NCBI GenBank assembly: GCA_013265495.1
Contig: MU058844.1
Coordinates: 4,889,535-4,953,534, forward strand
Length of the DNA stretch: 64,000 nucleotides
Origin: Vicugna vicugna
Taxonomy: Eukaryota
Reading direction: 5' to 3'
This document shows, one piece after another, positions 25,125-37,879 of this stretch; the stretch's first letter is position 1; each line of letters begins with the position of its first letter. The notes below the pieces were generated by a model. That model was not told where the DNA came from. It did no database searches and saw only the letters and a program-made list of their open reading frames with translations. The position numbers were made by a program, and so were the translations under genes.

Positions 25125-26465
25125 ATTGTTCATGATCTTAGAGGAAATGCTTTCAGCTTTTCATCATTGAGTATGATGATAGTTGTGGGCTTGCCATATA
25201 TGGCTTTTATGATGTGGAAATATGTTCCCTCTATACACACTCTGTTTAGAGTGTTTATCATAAATCAATGTTGAATTTTGTCAAAAGCTTTTTCCGAATC
25301 TATTGAGATTATCATATGATTTTTTTCTTCAATTTGTTCATGTAGTATATCACATTGAATGATTTGGAGATATTGAACCATCTTTGCATTCCTGGGATAA
25401 ATACCATTTGATCATGGTGTATGGTCCTTTTGATGTATTGTTGAATTAAGTTAGCTAATATTTTGTTAACGATTTTTCCATCTATATTCATCAATGATAT
25501 TTACCTGTAAATTTTGTGTGTGTGTGTGATGTCTTTTTCTGGTTTTGGTATGGGTGACGCTGGCCTTGCAGAATGAATTTGAAAGCATTCCCTTCTCTGT
25601 AATTTTTTAGAATAGTTTGAGACGGATAGGTGTTAATTCTTCTCTAAATGTTTGGTAGCATTCGCTGTGAAGCCATCTGCATGTGGACTTTTGTTTGTTG
25701 GGAGTTTTTAAAATACTGACTAAATTCATTATTGGTAATTGATCTGTATATATTTCATGTTTCTTTCTTTTTCAGTCTTTAGACAGATTATACATTTCTA
25801 GGAGTTTGTCCATTTTTTCTAGATTGCCCATTTTATTGGCATATAATTGTTTATAACAATCTCATGATCATTTTTTTTTCCTGTGGTGTTGGTTGTAATT
25901 TCTCTTTCAGTTTTGATTTTATTGATTTGAGCCCTCTCCTATTTCTTCTTATTGAGTCTTGCTAAAGATTTATTAATTTTGTTTATCTTTAAAAAAGAAA
26001 ACAGATCCTAGTTCCATTGATATTTTCTATTTTTTAAATCTCTATTTCATTTATTTCTTCTCTGATATTTATTACTTATTTCCTTCTACAAAATCTGGGG
26101 TTTTGGGTTTTTTTAGTTCCTTTAGGTGTTTTGGAGGTCCTCTTCCCAATGTAGGACCCCTGGGCTAGGGAGCCTGATGTAGGGCTCTGACCTTTAATTC
26201 CTTGGGAAGAACCTCTGCAATTGTAGTTATTGTCTCATTTCTGGGTCACCTACCAAGAGGTATAAGTCCTGACTATACCATGTCTCCAACCTTCCTACCA
26301 TCTCATTGTGGTTCCTTCTTTATATGTTAAGTCGTAGAAGATCTTTTCTGCTAGTCTTCAGATTTTTCTCATTAATAGCTGCTCTGCAAGTAGTTGTCAT
26401 TTTGGTGTGCCTATGGGAGGAAGTGAACTCAGTGTCTTCCTACTCTGCCATCTTGGCCACCTCCT
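25125..26465 (-). mobile_element. L1: 5'UTR start (26131-26465) joined directly to an ORF2 segment (25125-26130)
   Basis: ORF 25312-25494 ([41 protein letters not shown]) is L1 RT N-terminal sequence; minus strand begins GGCCAAGATGGCAGAGTAGGAAGAC (L1 5' end, YY1-like site). Confidence 0.9.
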
Positions 26466-27169
26466 AACAGCCACTAGTTTTTAAAGAAAATTCATGTACT
26501 TTTTTTTAAGACAGAGTATTTTATGTCTATACTAAATTTCCTAATTTTTCTCCATTTTTTCCAAGTTTTCTTTAGGCTGGGTGCAGTATGGGAACTATGG
26601 AGCACCAACTAATTCAAATCTGTGATTTATGGTATAAGTAAAGTGTGTTTTTCTTATGTCTATAAAGATAACATTTTTCTTTTTTAAATAAGACAATTCC
26701 TTTTTATTTTCCCTGACATAGCAAGGGCATCACGTGTCAGAACTCTGAGACTCCCAATTGGATATAAACTTTACTCGAGTTAAAGAAGATACAGGGATTG
26801 GGAACTCTGCCAAAGTAGAAATATCAGTAAGAATACAAAATATTTTTATATGTGTTTCATAATGCCTAAAGAACTTTGAGCTGTCATCATCACTTTGGAT
26901 CCTGGAGAGCGGCTTGGTAAGGAGAGCTTGCATAATGCTAAGTAATATAGTAATTTTCAACTACCTATTGGTCTTAGGTATAGCATAATAGGTTTGCCAT
27001 AAACCAGTATTTCTGATATCAAGTAGAGATGAAAAAACATCGCACTATCTGCAGGGGTCAAGGTTTTGGGGCTGGGGCAATCACTTGATTATTCCTATCC
27101 CCAACAGCTATATCTTGTTTGAGAATGCTGACTAAATGTTAGGCTGAAAATTTTGCTATTGTATTGTAT

Positions 27170-28630
27170 CATTTCTCAGATTCTGTCCAATCAGTTTGAT
27201 TAAATTTTGACTCCTTTGATATCTTGCACTCTTAAGATTTATCACCTCCTTCTTGTACTTAAGTCCCTTGCTATGCAGCCTAGAGTTCAATGTTTACTAC
27301 TTTAACTGCATTCTTGCTGATATCTTATCTTTTCTTGTCCTCTTGCCTTTGCCTTTCTTTTCTACTTGTGGTGAAAATGCTTAACAACAATCAACTGTTT
27401 TCTCTGCTTCTACATCTACATGTTGTATTGAAGAAATTTATGTAATCTCCCATATTGATGCTCTGTCTCTACCTTCAATGGATTCTACTGTTAAATTATT
27501 TTAATTTTTTAATGAATTATTTTTCACCAGCAACTGTTTTAAACTTTTTCTATCCAATCTGCTAACAACCTATCTTTCCCTCATATTCAGCACAAGAATT
27601 CACCTTCTTAGTGGAATGAGTGCCCTCAGCAAACATTTCCTTGATTTACAGCCCATCTCTTTTTCCTTTCTGACGTTTTGTCAACAATGAGTAGATGTCT
27701 TTGCTCAAGTGCAAAGCCAACATCTCCACCTGTGCCCTGGATATTATCCCTGCCTATTGTTTATATCTATCTTTTTGTGTTTATATATTATTATGTCTAT
27801 ATGTTTAATATCTATTAAATATATCCTTACTTTCATGTATTAGCTACATTTTCTTGTCTATTGTTGTATTCCAGTCTTTCACAGTCATGAGTATTTTCCA
27901 TCACAAAATATTCTCCTTCCACCTGACATCACTTCCTATGTCTCTCTTCCTCTTTATGACTAAGTCACCTAAATATGTGGTTTTCATCTTTTTAACATCA
28001 CATTCCTCACACTCTACTTCCTGAAATCTGTGTTCTATTCCTCTTCACTCACCACAGTGGCCTCTTTGTTACTCAAAAGAATGAAAACATTTTTTACATA
28101 TCTTCCTTCCACTTTCTGCATCTTTTTACACTTCCAACTACTCTTTCTTAAAATCCTCTCTTATTTGATTTCCAGTCTTTTTTTCTGTCTCTTTTGTGGG
28201 CTTCTTGTTCTTTCTCCATCCTTTAGGTGCCTGTGTTCTCATAAATATTGTCTTCTGATCTCTTTTTTCTCTTTACCTACTTTCTTTGGCATAGGATACC
28301 AATTCCAATGGCTTAGTTACCAGATCTGTATTAATAATACTCAAACATATATTTCCACCCTGGTTTTCTCTCCCAAGATCCTGTTTTATTTACCCAACTG
28401 CTTATTGTTATTTCCTGAAATGCAGTGTGATTCAAACACCCACATTTCCTCTAATCAACTAATGCTTCCTCTTTTCTGGATCTTAGTAAATGTCTTCACC
28501 ACCTACCTAAGCAAAATCCTAAATAAACTAATAGCTTCCTTCCTCTGGTTTAATGTCAGTACTACCTCCAACTAGCCAGTCACTAAGTCATTTTGAAGTG
28601 TCTCCAGGGTGTGATTACTTCTTTTAAAAT
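27170..28630 (+). mobile_element. Degenerate LINE-2
   Basis: AAAGCCAACATCTCCACCTGTGCCCTGGAT; CCAATGGCTTAGTTACC; CCAAGATCCTGTTTTATTTACCCAACTGC; CAGTCACTAAGTC. Confidence 0.7.
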
Positions 28631-29289
28631 CTTTCTTATTTTCTCATATCGCTACTGAAAGTTTACTTCACTCTAAAAACACTTCTCTAGAAATCAGAAA
28701 GAAAAAGCATTCCATCTTCCATTCTAAAAGAAAAAGACTCGAATTTATCTTTATTTCTTACTGCCATTTGTCTATCATTGTTATGTCACCACAATTTAAA
28801 AACCTTGCCTTTTAAAAATTCAGAGTCAATCCTCTTTTCTATTATTTGAAGATGCAGAAACATTTATTTAGGCCTCAATAGAATAAATAATTGCTTCTCA
28901 GTCTTTCATCTTCTACCTCCATAATGATGACATTTAGGTTTCTTAGCCCCTTTACTTCATATACTTGAATTGCTTTTACTTTCACTGTATTTTACGCACC
29001 TATAGATTTTTTTTTAATAACATCGTATTACAAAAATCTTATCTACTGCCAAGAGCTAAGTCAGATCTCTGAACATCTCTTTAACCAGTTTTCTATTCTT
29101 AAATCTACTATTCTTTTCTTCCTTTATCTATTTTGTAACATATGTTCCTCAGTTCACCTCTAATCTTCCAGTCCACATATTTCACCCACCTTCTTACCAA
29201 GTCTGGATGCAATGAACAATGATCAATCATATAAAAGTTGTCCTCTGAAGTTTGTTCTGCCTTTGTTTTCTTTTCAGTGTGAGAGGGAC

Positions 29290-29760
29290 TGTATCCACTT
29301 ATTTAACAAACGTATAATGAATACTCACTCCTCAGGCACTTTTCTAGGTATAGGTAATATAGCACTGAACCAAATAATGACTGGTCTCCTGTAGTTTTAA
29401 TTTTAGTCAGGGAAGATAGATAAAGTAAAATCATTAACATGTTTTTGGTGGTAAGATGTGCTGCAGAGAGAAACAGAGCAGGATAAAAATAAAAGAGAAA
29501 ATGTGTCTATATTTAAAAATAGAGGATAACCCAGAAAGGTCTTTCTGATAAAGGGATATTTGGCCAGAGAACTAAAGGCTGTTAAGGAGTAAGCTATGCA
29601 GGTATCTAAGGAAATACTATTCTAGATACAAGAACAGCAAAAAATAGGCTCTGAGGAAGAAATGTGTTTAACTTTTATGAGGACAAACAAATAGGTCGAT
29701 ATGATCAGAGGAAAATGGGCAAAGGAAAAAATGGTAGGAAATGAATTTAGAGAGGTTATG
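29290..29760 (-). mobile_element. LINE-2 3' fragment
   Basis: CACTTATTTAACAAACGTATAATGAATAC...CAGGCACTTTTCTAGGTATAGG; GGAGTAAGCTATGCAGGTATCTAAGG. Confidence 0.75.
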
Positions 29761-31337
29761 CCTTTTATTCTCTCCTGTATCCAAACTGGCATCATCCCAC
29801 AGGTCATTATTTTCTTCCTACTTTTGGCTTGTCATCATTGATTTCTCATTGGATTCACTGGCAGGTGATGCTGTTTTACTTTAGTAATAGCTGTTAATTT
29901 TTAAAGTATAGATTATCTATCATGATCTCCAAAACCAGTTTGCTGGCTTTTATATGCCTCCCCTGTAGCATATATATAACCTACATATTTCACAGCAAAA
30001 TCTAAAATGTTCATACAGAGTTCCCATCAAAATATTTATCTATGTGCACCCACTATTTCTTCTTTATCTCTAGTTTTAAAGAAGGAAATTTAAAAAGAAG
30101 GGGGAAAAAAAACAAGAAAGGAAGAAATGGGGGAAAGTAATGTTTGAATTTGACCTGTTCTTGCTATGGGCTCAGAGATTACCCTGTATCATTGTATAGG
30201 TCTGTGTGTTTGAACTTACCATTCATTACAAGTTCTTTCTTATTTCTGCCTTATTTCTATCTTTGTCTATTCCATTAGGAAAAACAGATATTGTTTGTTT
30301 CTTTGTTTTTCAAACCTGAAGTCCCAAGACTGTGACACCCTGCTTTTGGAATTACAGAATTAATTGCACTTATTTAATAGTCAGTTAAAATTTAGATATA
30401 GCATTTTGTTTTTTTTTTTTTTTGCAAACTATTTTACAGAACAGTTATTTCATTACTTACTACATTGATCCAATAAAATAAGTAGTTTTTTGGTTCTTCA
30501 GTTGCTTGCAAAGTGTAATGCTGTTTGCAAATCTCACGAACTGATAGTCAGCACAAAGACTTACTCGAAAGTAATAAAAAATATTATTCAAACAAAAATT
30601 GTATTCAAAATATCCCCAAGCTACAAACTGATGGTACAGTAATCTCAAACAATATGTGAGAGAACTATTTCCAGGCAAGATATATAGAAGCTGTTCCTTA
30701 GAGTTGTGATAATTTTGATTTAAAACACAGCACTTTATTGGAACACTCAGAATCAGTATGTTTCCTGATACCATTGTCCAAAAGTTCACTGCAACAGCCT
30801 AGTGTTTTAATTAGCTCATATATAGAATTTTCCTTAATAATAATGAAAATAAATTTATAATAACAATGGTAATAATAATGTAGCATTGTTTTCTGATCAT
30901 TATCATCTAATAAAAAAATGAAATACTCAGTCTGATTATGACACTTTTCAGGGGCCCTGATAAACGTTAAGAAAAGTTTTCTTTTTCTGATATATTATCA
31001 TTGAGTGAAAATACCTTTGTGGTGAAACAATTCCGTATGATCCTGTGCTGTTGGATTCATGACATTATGCATTTGTTCAAACCTTTTTACAATACAAACC
31101 TCTTTAAAACACAGAGAATAAACTGTATTGTATATAAATTAGAAAGAAAATCTTTAGGAGGTTGGAGGACCCCAGGAATGAATTCAGACGGTGATGAAAG
31201 ATAATCTTACTGTATAATAAATACATAAAGTAACATCTTGAAGGGGAAGGGGAAAGAAGTGCTGACCCATGTAACTTTGAAAATGACTAAAGGAGAAAGA
31301 AATTATATGTAAGCACTGTATTCTATTTGGTAAAGTT

Positions 31338-31826
31338 TTTTTTTATTGAAATATAGTTGATTTACAATGTTGTTTTAATTTCTGATGTACATCATAGTGA
31401 TTCATTTATACATATATATTTTCCTTTCCATATTCTTTTTTATTATAGACCATTACAAGTTATTAGAGTTTCCTGTGCTAAACAGTAGGACCTTGATGTT
31501 TTTTCAATTTTATATATAGTGGTTAGTATCTACAAATCCCAAACTCCCAATTTATACCTCCCCACCTGCCTTCCCCTCTGGTAATCATAAGTTTGTTTTA
31601 TATGTCTATGAATCCATCTATCTGTGTTTTCTAAATAAGTTCATTTGCATGTGTTTTGGGGTTTTTTTGTTTTTTTTTTTATTAGATTCCACATAAAAGT
31701 GATATCATATGGTACTTGTCTTTCTCTTTCTGGCTTACTTCACTTAGCATGACAATTTCCAGGTTCATCCACATTGCTGCAAATGAATTTTTTTATGACT
31801 GAGTAGTATTCCTATATATATATTCC

Positions 31827-31863
<37 letters not shown>

Positions 31864-33550
31864 CTTCTTGATCCAGTCATCTGTTGATGGACATTTAGGT
31901 TGTTTCCATGTCTTGGCTGTTGTAAAACGTGCTGCCATGACCACTGGGCTACTTATATATTTCTAAATTAGAGTTTCCTCCAGATATGCCCAGAAGTGGG
32001 ATTGCTAGATCATAGGTAGGTCTATTTTCAGTTTTTTAAGGGATCTCCATACTGTTTTTCATAATGGCTGCACCAAACTAAATTCCCACCAACAGTGTAG
32101 GAGGGTTCCCTTTTCTCCACACCCTCTACAGCATTTATGGAATTTTTAATGATGGCCATTCCGACTGGTGTGAGGTAATATCTCACACTGCAGTAGTTTT
32201 AATTTACATTTCTCTGATAATTAGCAATATTGAGCCTTTTTTCATGTGTCTATTGGCCATTTGTATGTTCTTCATTGGAGAAGTGTTTGTTTAGGTCTTC
32301 TGCCCAAGAAGAACAAGACAAGGATGCCCATTCTCACCACTTCTATTCAAAATAGTATTAGAAGTCCTAGCCACAGCCATCAGGCAAGAAAAAGAAATAG
32401 AAGGGATCCAAACTGTAAGAGAAGAGGTAAAATTGGCACAATATGCAGATGACATGATACTATATATACAGAAAACCCTAAAGATTCCACACAAAAACTA
32501 CTAGAGGTGATAAACAAATTTAGCAAGATATCATGTTACAAGGTAAACATACTGAAATCTGTTGTTTTTCTTTACATTAACAATGAAATATCAGAAAAGG
32601 AAAGTAAAAAAAAAATCCCTTTTAAAATTGTGTTAAAAAGAATAAAATACTTAGGAAAAAAACCTGACTAAGGAGGTGAAAGACTTATATGCAGAGAACT
32701 ATAAAACATTGATTAAGAAAGTTAAAGATGATTTAAAGAAATGGAAATATATCCCATGCTCTTGGGTTGGAAGAATTAATGTTATTTAATTGGCCATACT
32801 ACCCAAAGCAATCAGCAGATTTAATGTGATCCCTATCAAATTACCCAGGACATTTTTCACAGAGCAAGTATTCCTAAAATTTATATGGAATCACAAAAGG
32901 CCCAGAATTACCAAAGCAATACTGAAGAAAAAGAACAAGTCTGGGTAAATAACCCTCCCAGACTTCAGACAATACTGTGGAGCTACAGTAATCAAAACAG
33001 CATGGTATTGGCACAAAAACAGGCATATGGATCAATGGAAGTAAACCCACAGACATACAGTCAATTAATCTTCAACAAAGGAGGCAAGAATATACAATGA
33101 AGAAAAGACAAGTCTCTTCAGCAAGTGGTGATGGGAAAACTGGACAGCCACATGTAAATCAGAGACATCAGAACACTCCTTCACACCATGCACAAAAATG
33201 AATTCAAAATGACTTAAAGACTTAAACATAAGACAAGACACTATAAACCTCCTAGAAGAAAACATAGGCAAAACATTTTCTGACATAAGTCTTAGCAGTG
33301 TTTTCCTAGGGCAGTCTACCCAGGCAATAGAAATAAAAACAAAAATAGACAAATGGGATCTAATTAAACTTATAAGCTTTTGCCCAGTAAAGGAAATCAT
33401 AAGTAAAACAAAAAGACAACCTACAGAATGGGAGAATATATATGCAAATGATGTGACTGACAAGGGCTTAATTGCCAGAATATACAAACAGTTCATATAG
33501 CTCAATAACAACAACAACAACAAAAAAAAACAAGCAACCTGATTCAAAAA
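31338..33550 (-). mobile_element. Lineage-specific 5'-truncated L1 with ~1.25-kb 5' inversion (minus 31338-~32305; plus ~32306-33550)
   Basis: Poly-T, 3'UTR and ORF2 end on minus; plus-strand RT segment [29 protein letters not shown]...YADD (32442-32453); TSD TTGGTAAAGTT at 31327-31337 and 33551-33561. Confidence 0.95.
31831..31862. repeat. (CA)16 microsatellite inside L1
   Basis: Perfect CA run. Confidence 0.97.
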
Positions 33551-35399
33551 TTGGTAAAGTTGTTTTTGATGAGGTTATGGGTTAACTATTCTGATACTGC
33601 TATACATGTATGTTTGAACTGAAAAATTACGTAAATAGATGGCAGTTTCATCTTACCTGGCTCCCATCTGAGATCTAGGTTTCTTTGTTATAGTAGGAAC
33701 TTATAAATAATCAAGGGAAGGAGGCTAGAGTGATCAATGTGATAATGGATCAGAGTAATAAGATCTTGTATTTCCCTTAATATGAAGATAGTTACATATA
33801 GAAATATTTACAGATGTGTATGTCTAAGTAGGTACCTATATTTCTTTACTCTGTCAGCTGAGATAGACTAAAGGAAATGACACTCCAGTATCAGTGAGCA
33901 CACCTAGTACCCAGATCTTCATTTCTAGTACTATTCTCCATTAAAAGAAATCAGAGATTTTTATAGAAATGGCTAATTATAAAATAGGGCAGGAAATATA
34001 CCATATAAGAATGAAGCATCTTGTAGTTCCAGAAGTAGGAAAGTGCTCAAATAAAAGCAAACAAACAAACAAAAACTCGTTGATGGGATATGTTAAAGGA
34101 GGATTGGAGCCACATGAAAGAACTCTTGGTGTGGTCAAAGATGAAACAATTTGAGCAACAAAATAAATAGATGGTATTGTATTAAAATTCAAAAATAAAA
34201 TGAATATTCACTAATCCAGACTTGTATAAACAAATGGCTGAGTAAATAAATACATGTAGAATATAAAAATATTTTGTACAGAAGAATCATAAATAAATGT
34301 TGTAGATACCCCACCCTAAAGAGGAGAGAGTATAATTTCTACTCCTTAAGTACAATCTGTGCATAGTGATTTCCTTGCAAAGAATAGAATGTGAAAAAGG
34401 AGAGAAATACATAACTTTATAATGGAGAAACCTGACAAACTCCACTTTAACTGGGTGATCAAGGTCAACCTTAAAAGTCATAAATAATCTTGATAGCATG
34501 CATCTTTGAGATGATATGATGAAGATGGCATTTTATCTCTGTGATCTCTCTCTTAAAAGACTTCCTCTAATCATGAAAAAAATTAAAAAATTCCAGTAGA
34601 GTGGCATCTTATATAATATACCTGACCGGTGTCTCTTCAAAACCATCAAGGTCACCAAAAATAAGTCTGAGAAAATGTCACAGCCAAGGAACCTAAGAAC
34701 ATATGGAAACTAAATGTATTACAATAGCTTGGGTGGAATCTTGGAACAGAAAAAGGAAATTAGTTTAAAAAAAATAAGGAAATTTGAATAAACTATAAAC
34801 TTCAGTTAATACGGTATCAATACTGATTCATTAATTCTTACAAATATATCACACTTATAGGGGAAATTGTGTGTGGCTGTGGGTATAATATGGGGACTCT
34901 AATCAATTTTTCTGTAAATCTGAAAGTGTTCTAAGAGATAAAGTATATTAATAAAAATAGATTGAGTAATATTAAGAATTTCTATTTTAATATTTTTAAT
35001 TTGTAATTCATTTCAGTGTCCTGAGAGAGTTTATACAAGTACTTAAAATTTGTAACTAACTTATGAAAGTTTTCCTGTGGTAGATGATTTCTTGCTTCAT
35101 ATTTATAAGGTATATAAATGACTATTGTGTTTAACATCTAGGCAGGCTGCAACTCCACAAATTTGGAAACTTTGCTATGGAAATTACTATGGGAAAACAT
35201 ATAAATATTTTAGTTGTTATTGAAATAATTTTATAAGATGAAAATTTGTGTAGTAATAATGGAAAACTCTTTTCAGGGAATTTTGTGTAGTATTAATGGA
35301 ATACTCTTTTCAATCTGGGATTTTTTTGATAGGCCCCTTGCTCTTCTTCTCTCTTACAGTAATGACACTTCCATCACGCAGGCTGTGTACAATGGAAGA

Positions 35400-35600
35400 C
35401 CACATGCATTTTGAAGTCTAAGAGAACAGAGTTTAAATCCTGGCTCATATTATTTAACTCTGTGACTGTAGGTGAATAACCTACCCTCTCTGTGCCTCAG
35501 TTTGCAAACTGATAAATTGGTACTGATAGTGCTATCTACCTGGTCAGATGCTGCGTATGCCTCCATAAAGTATTACATGAAGCTTAGGACAATACTTGAA
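35400..35600 (+). mobile_element. MIR
   Basis: GAGTTTAAATCCTGGCTC...CTGTGACTGTAGG...CCTCTCTGTGCCTCAGTTT. Confidence 0.8.
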
Positions 35601-35759
35601 TCTTACAATGTTAACCTGAAGATTTTTTTTTTTTCCTGAGAAACTGAGTAGATGCAGTTGAGAATAAACATGGAGATTATAGTTTGGAAAGATCGAGGAA
35701 CGAGTTAAAACATCTCAAGATCTTAATAAACCTTGTGGCATGTGGCCTCTATTATCCTC

Positions 35760-36263
35760 TGCAGTCCTCCACTCCAGCAAGCCATATGTCTGCACTCCAG
35801 GACCCCCATGATTGCTAAACTCCCTCTTAAAACAAGTCCTTTCACCTACAATCTCGTCTTTCTGGAATCCTAAGTGGACACACATATGCGTGTGAACACA
35901 TACCAGCACATACAAACATGCACACATACCAGCACATATACACATGCACACACTTTTGCTTAATTAACTCCTAATTGGTCCGTGTGTCACATTCTCAAAA
36001 ATAACTTCTCTGATATCTCTAAGTCAATTTTCTATTATATACTTTATAATATTCTGTATCTTGCCTTTGTGGATCATTTAACAGTTTCAAATTTCAGTTG
36101 TTTTGTGTGATTGATTAAATGTCCATCTCTCACACTACTATGAAAACGTCTTTGAGGCAGTAACTCTGTCTTGTTTTGTGCTTTACATACGCCCTAGTGT
36201 CTCATCACTGCAAGGCACATAATAAATCCAGGATAAGCAATTGTGATATGAATGAAAAGTCCA
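35760..36263 (+). mobile_element. LINE-2 3' end
   Basis: TAAATGTCCATCTCTCACACTAC...TTTGAGGCAGTAACTCTGTCTTGTTTTG...GGCACATAATAAAT...TGAATGAA. Confidence 0.7.
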
Positions 36264-36345
36264 AGCTAAGTGGACACACATATGCGTGTGAACACATACC
36301 ATAATAAATCCAGGATAAGCAATTGTGATATGAATGAAAAGTCCA
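36218..36345. repeat. 46-bp perfect direct repeat flanking a 36-bp copy of 35870-35905
   Basis: 36218-36263 identical to 36300-36345; 36266-36301 identical to 35870-35905. Confidence 0.97.
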
Positions 36346-37879
36346 TTTGCTTCATCAAACTGAAACAACTATGAAACAGGTGGAAAGGAAGGGGAAACAG
36401 GTGGAGTATTTCTTTAGACTTTGTTGTCCATTCTTTTCCAGAATGGACTGATACTAAAAGGAAATAAAATGCCCCCCACCCCCAGACTTAATGCCATCAG
36501 TTCCTAGAGCAAGTAGAAGATTGACTTTTCTGTTGACTTTTATAATTAATACATCCGATTAATCCAGATTTCTTTCCAGAGCAAAATGACTCAAAAAGTG
36601 ATCTTAAGACAGCTACTCTGCTATATATTTCTGGGCACTGTAAATTTTAAATGGAACCTGTGTACTGTATTACATATGAAAGATATTCCAAACATAGAGC
36701 CAGAGCACTAATCCACAAAAAAAGAATCAAATGAATGCCACCTAACAATTTGTATTATATGACATTTTTGCATTTTTTCTTTAGTATAATAGCTGTTTTA
36801 AAGATCATCCCATAGTCAAATCAATAAACATGTTTGAAATCTTTTAATAACCCTCTGTATGGAATAGCATTAGCACATTCAGTCTTGGGAAATGCTATTG
36901 TAATTAAGGTTGATTTGAGTCAAATGGAGTTCAAAGGAGATTAATTTTAAGCTTTGAAAATCCCATGACATCTAGTACCATGGCATGCATCCTAAAGCTA
37001 ATCTAATTATTTGATGACAATTTCACTATTGAAGATTATTTCACTGAATTGTTTCCACTTTGCCTCTTTGGGGACTCTACTATCTGAAACAAAGCCAGAG
37101 ATGTCTTTTTTTTTTTCCCCTCAAGTCAACTGGACCTACTCTTTGAAGTGAATCAGCTGACCAACTATGGCTCCTTTAGTTATAATTAATTTGAATATTT
37201 TAATTGATAGAGTTACTATTATTATTTTAGAAAATTCACTTTATAAACAGAATTTAAACATCCTGTATTAGTTAGCATACTGACACTGTATATTATAGGA
37301 TCAATGACAACAAAAAACAAAAATATAAAACAAATCTCAGGGGTTTAGTTCTCACTTCTTTGGTGTTCAGTGTGAGCCTCAGCATCTCTGCAGAAGAGTG
37401 GTTATCCCTGTGATGGTTCATTATACAGCCTACTTTACATATGTAGTCAGGAAAGATACAGCGGAAGTTGAACAAAAACAAATTATTGCACACAATTATC
37501 AAACATAAGTCCCACTCATTTAATTGCTCAGAGCAAGTCATGTTGCCATGTTTTTCTTTACAGGTAAGAGGGTATAATTCTCTCATCTGTCCAGAAGTAG
37601 AGAGAAATGAGATACCAGTGAATTTTGGCAATATATGCCACATATTCCAAGCAATGAAAAATAGAAATTTGATTCCTCTCTTTCTCCTTCCCGGTTTAGG
37701 TTGGACTCCACAGAGTGACTATTGAAGTCATTTTCTTGATGTCTTTTCTAGTCATAGGTTTGATTAAAAGCATCTGACAATAAGCATATTTTCTATTCTT
37801 GTGACCATCATGTTTAGCAACTGGAGAATTAATGATTGCATCCTGCATATTTATTTCTCATTTTTGACTGGTGGTTCTT

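Larger units (their letters stand above)
31010..34955 (+). mobile_element. Old L1MC/L1MD-type 3' UTR, split by the younger L1 at 31338-33550
   Basis: CATGACATTATGCATTTGTTCAAACC; TGAGCACACCTAGTACCCAGATCTT; GAAGCATCTTGTAGTTCCAGAAG; TGGAGAAACCTGACAAAC; ends TTCTGTAAATCTGAAAGTGTTCTAA. Confidence 0.85.

Noticed and set aside
28030..28575. Longest ORF in the track (181 aa, hydrophobic)
   Set aside because: Lies in a T/C-rich decayed L2. The Leu/Phe/Ser bias reflects base composition, the start is GTG rather than ATG, and there is no recognisable domain.
32246..33547. ORFs in and across the L1 inversion, including the RT motif YADD
   Set aside because: Fragments or antisense frames of a truncated, frameshifted L1 ORF2. 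The 32246 ORF is a chimera across the inversion junction. Not a functional reverse transcriptase.
36218..36345. Repeat-spacer-repeat resembling a minimal CRISPR unit
   Set aside because: Mammalian DNA, only two repeats, no cas genes, the repeat is an L2 tail and the spacer is copied from 400 bp upstream. A local template switch explains it.
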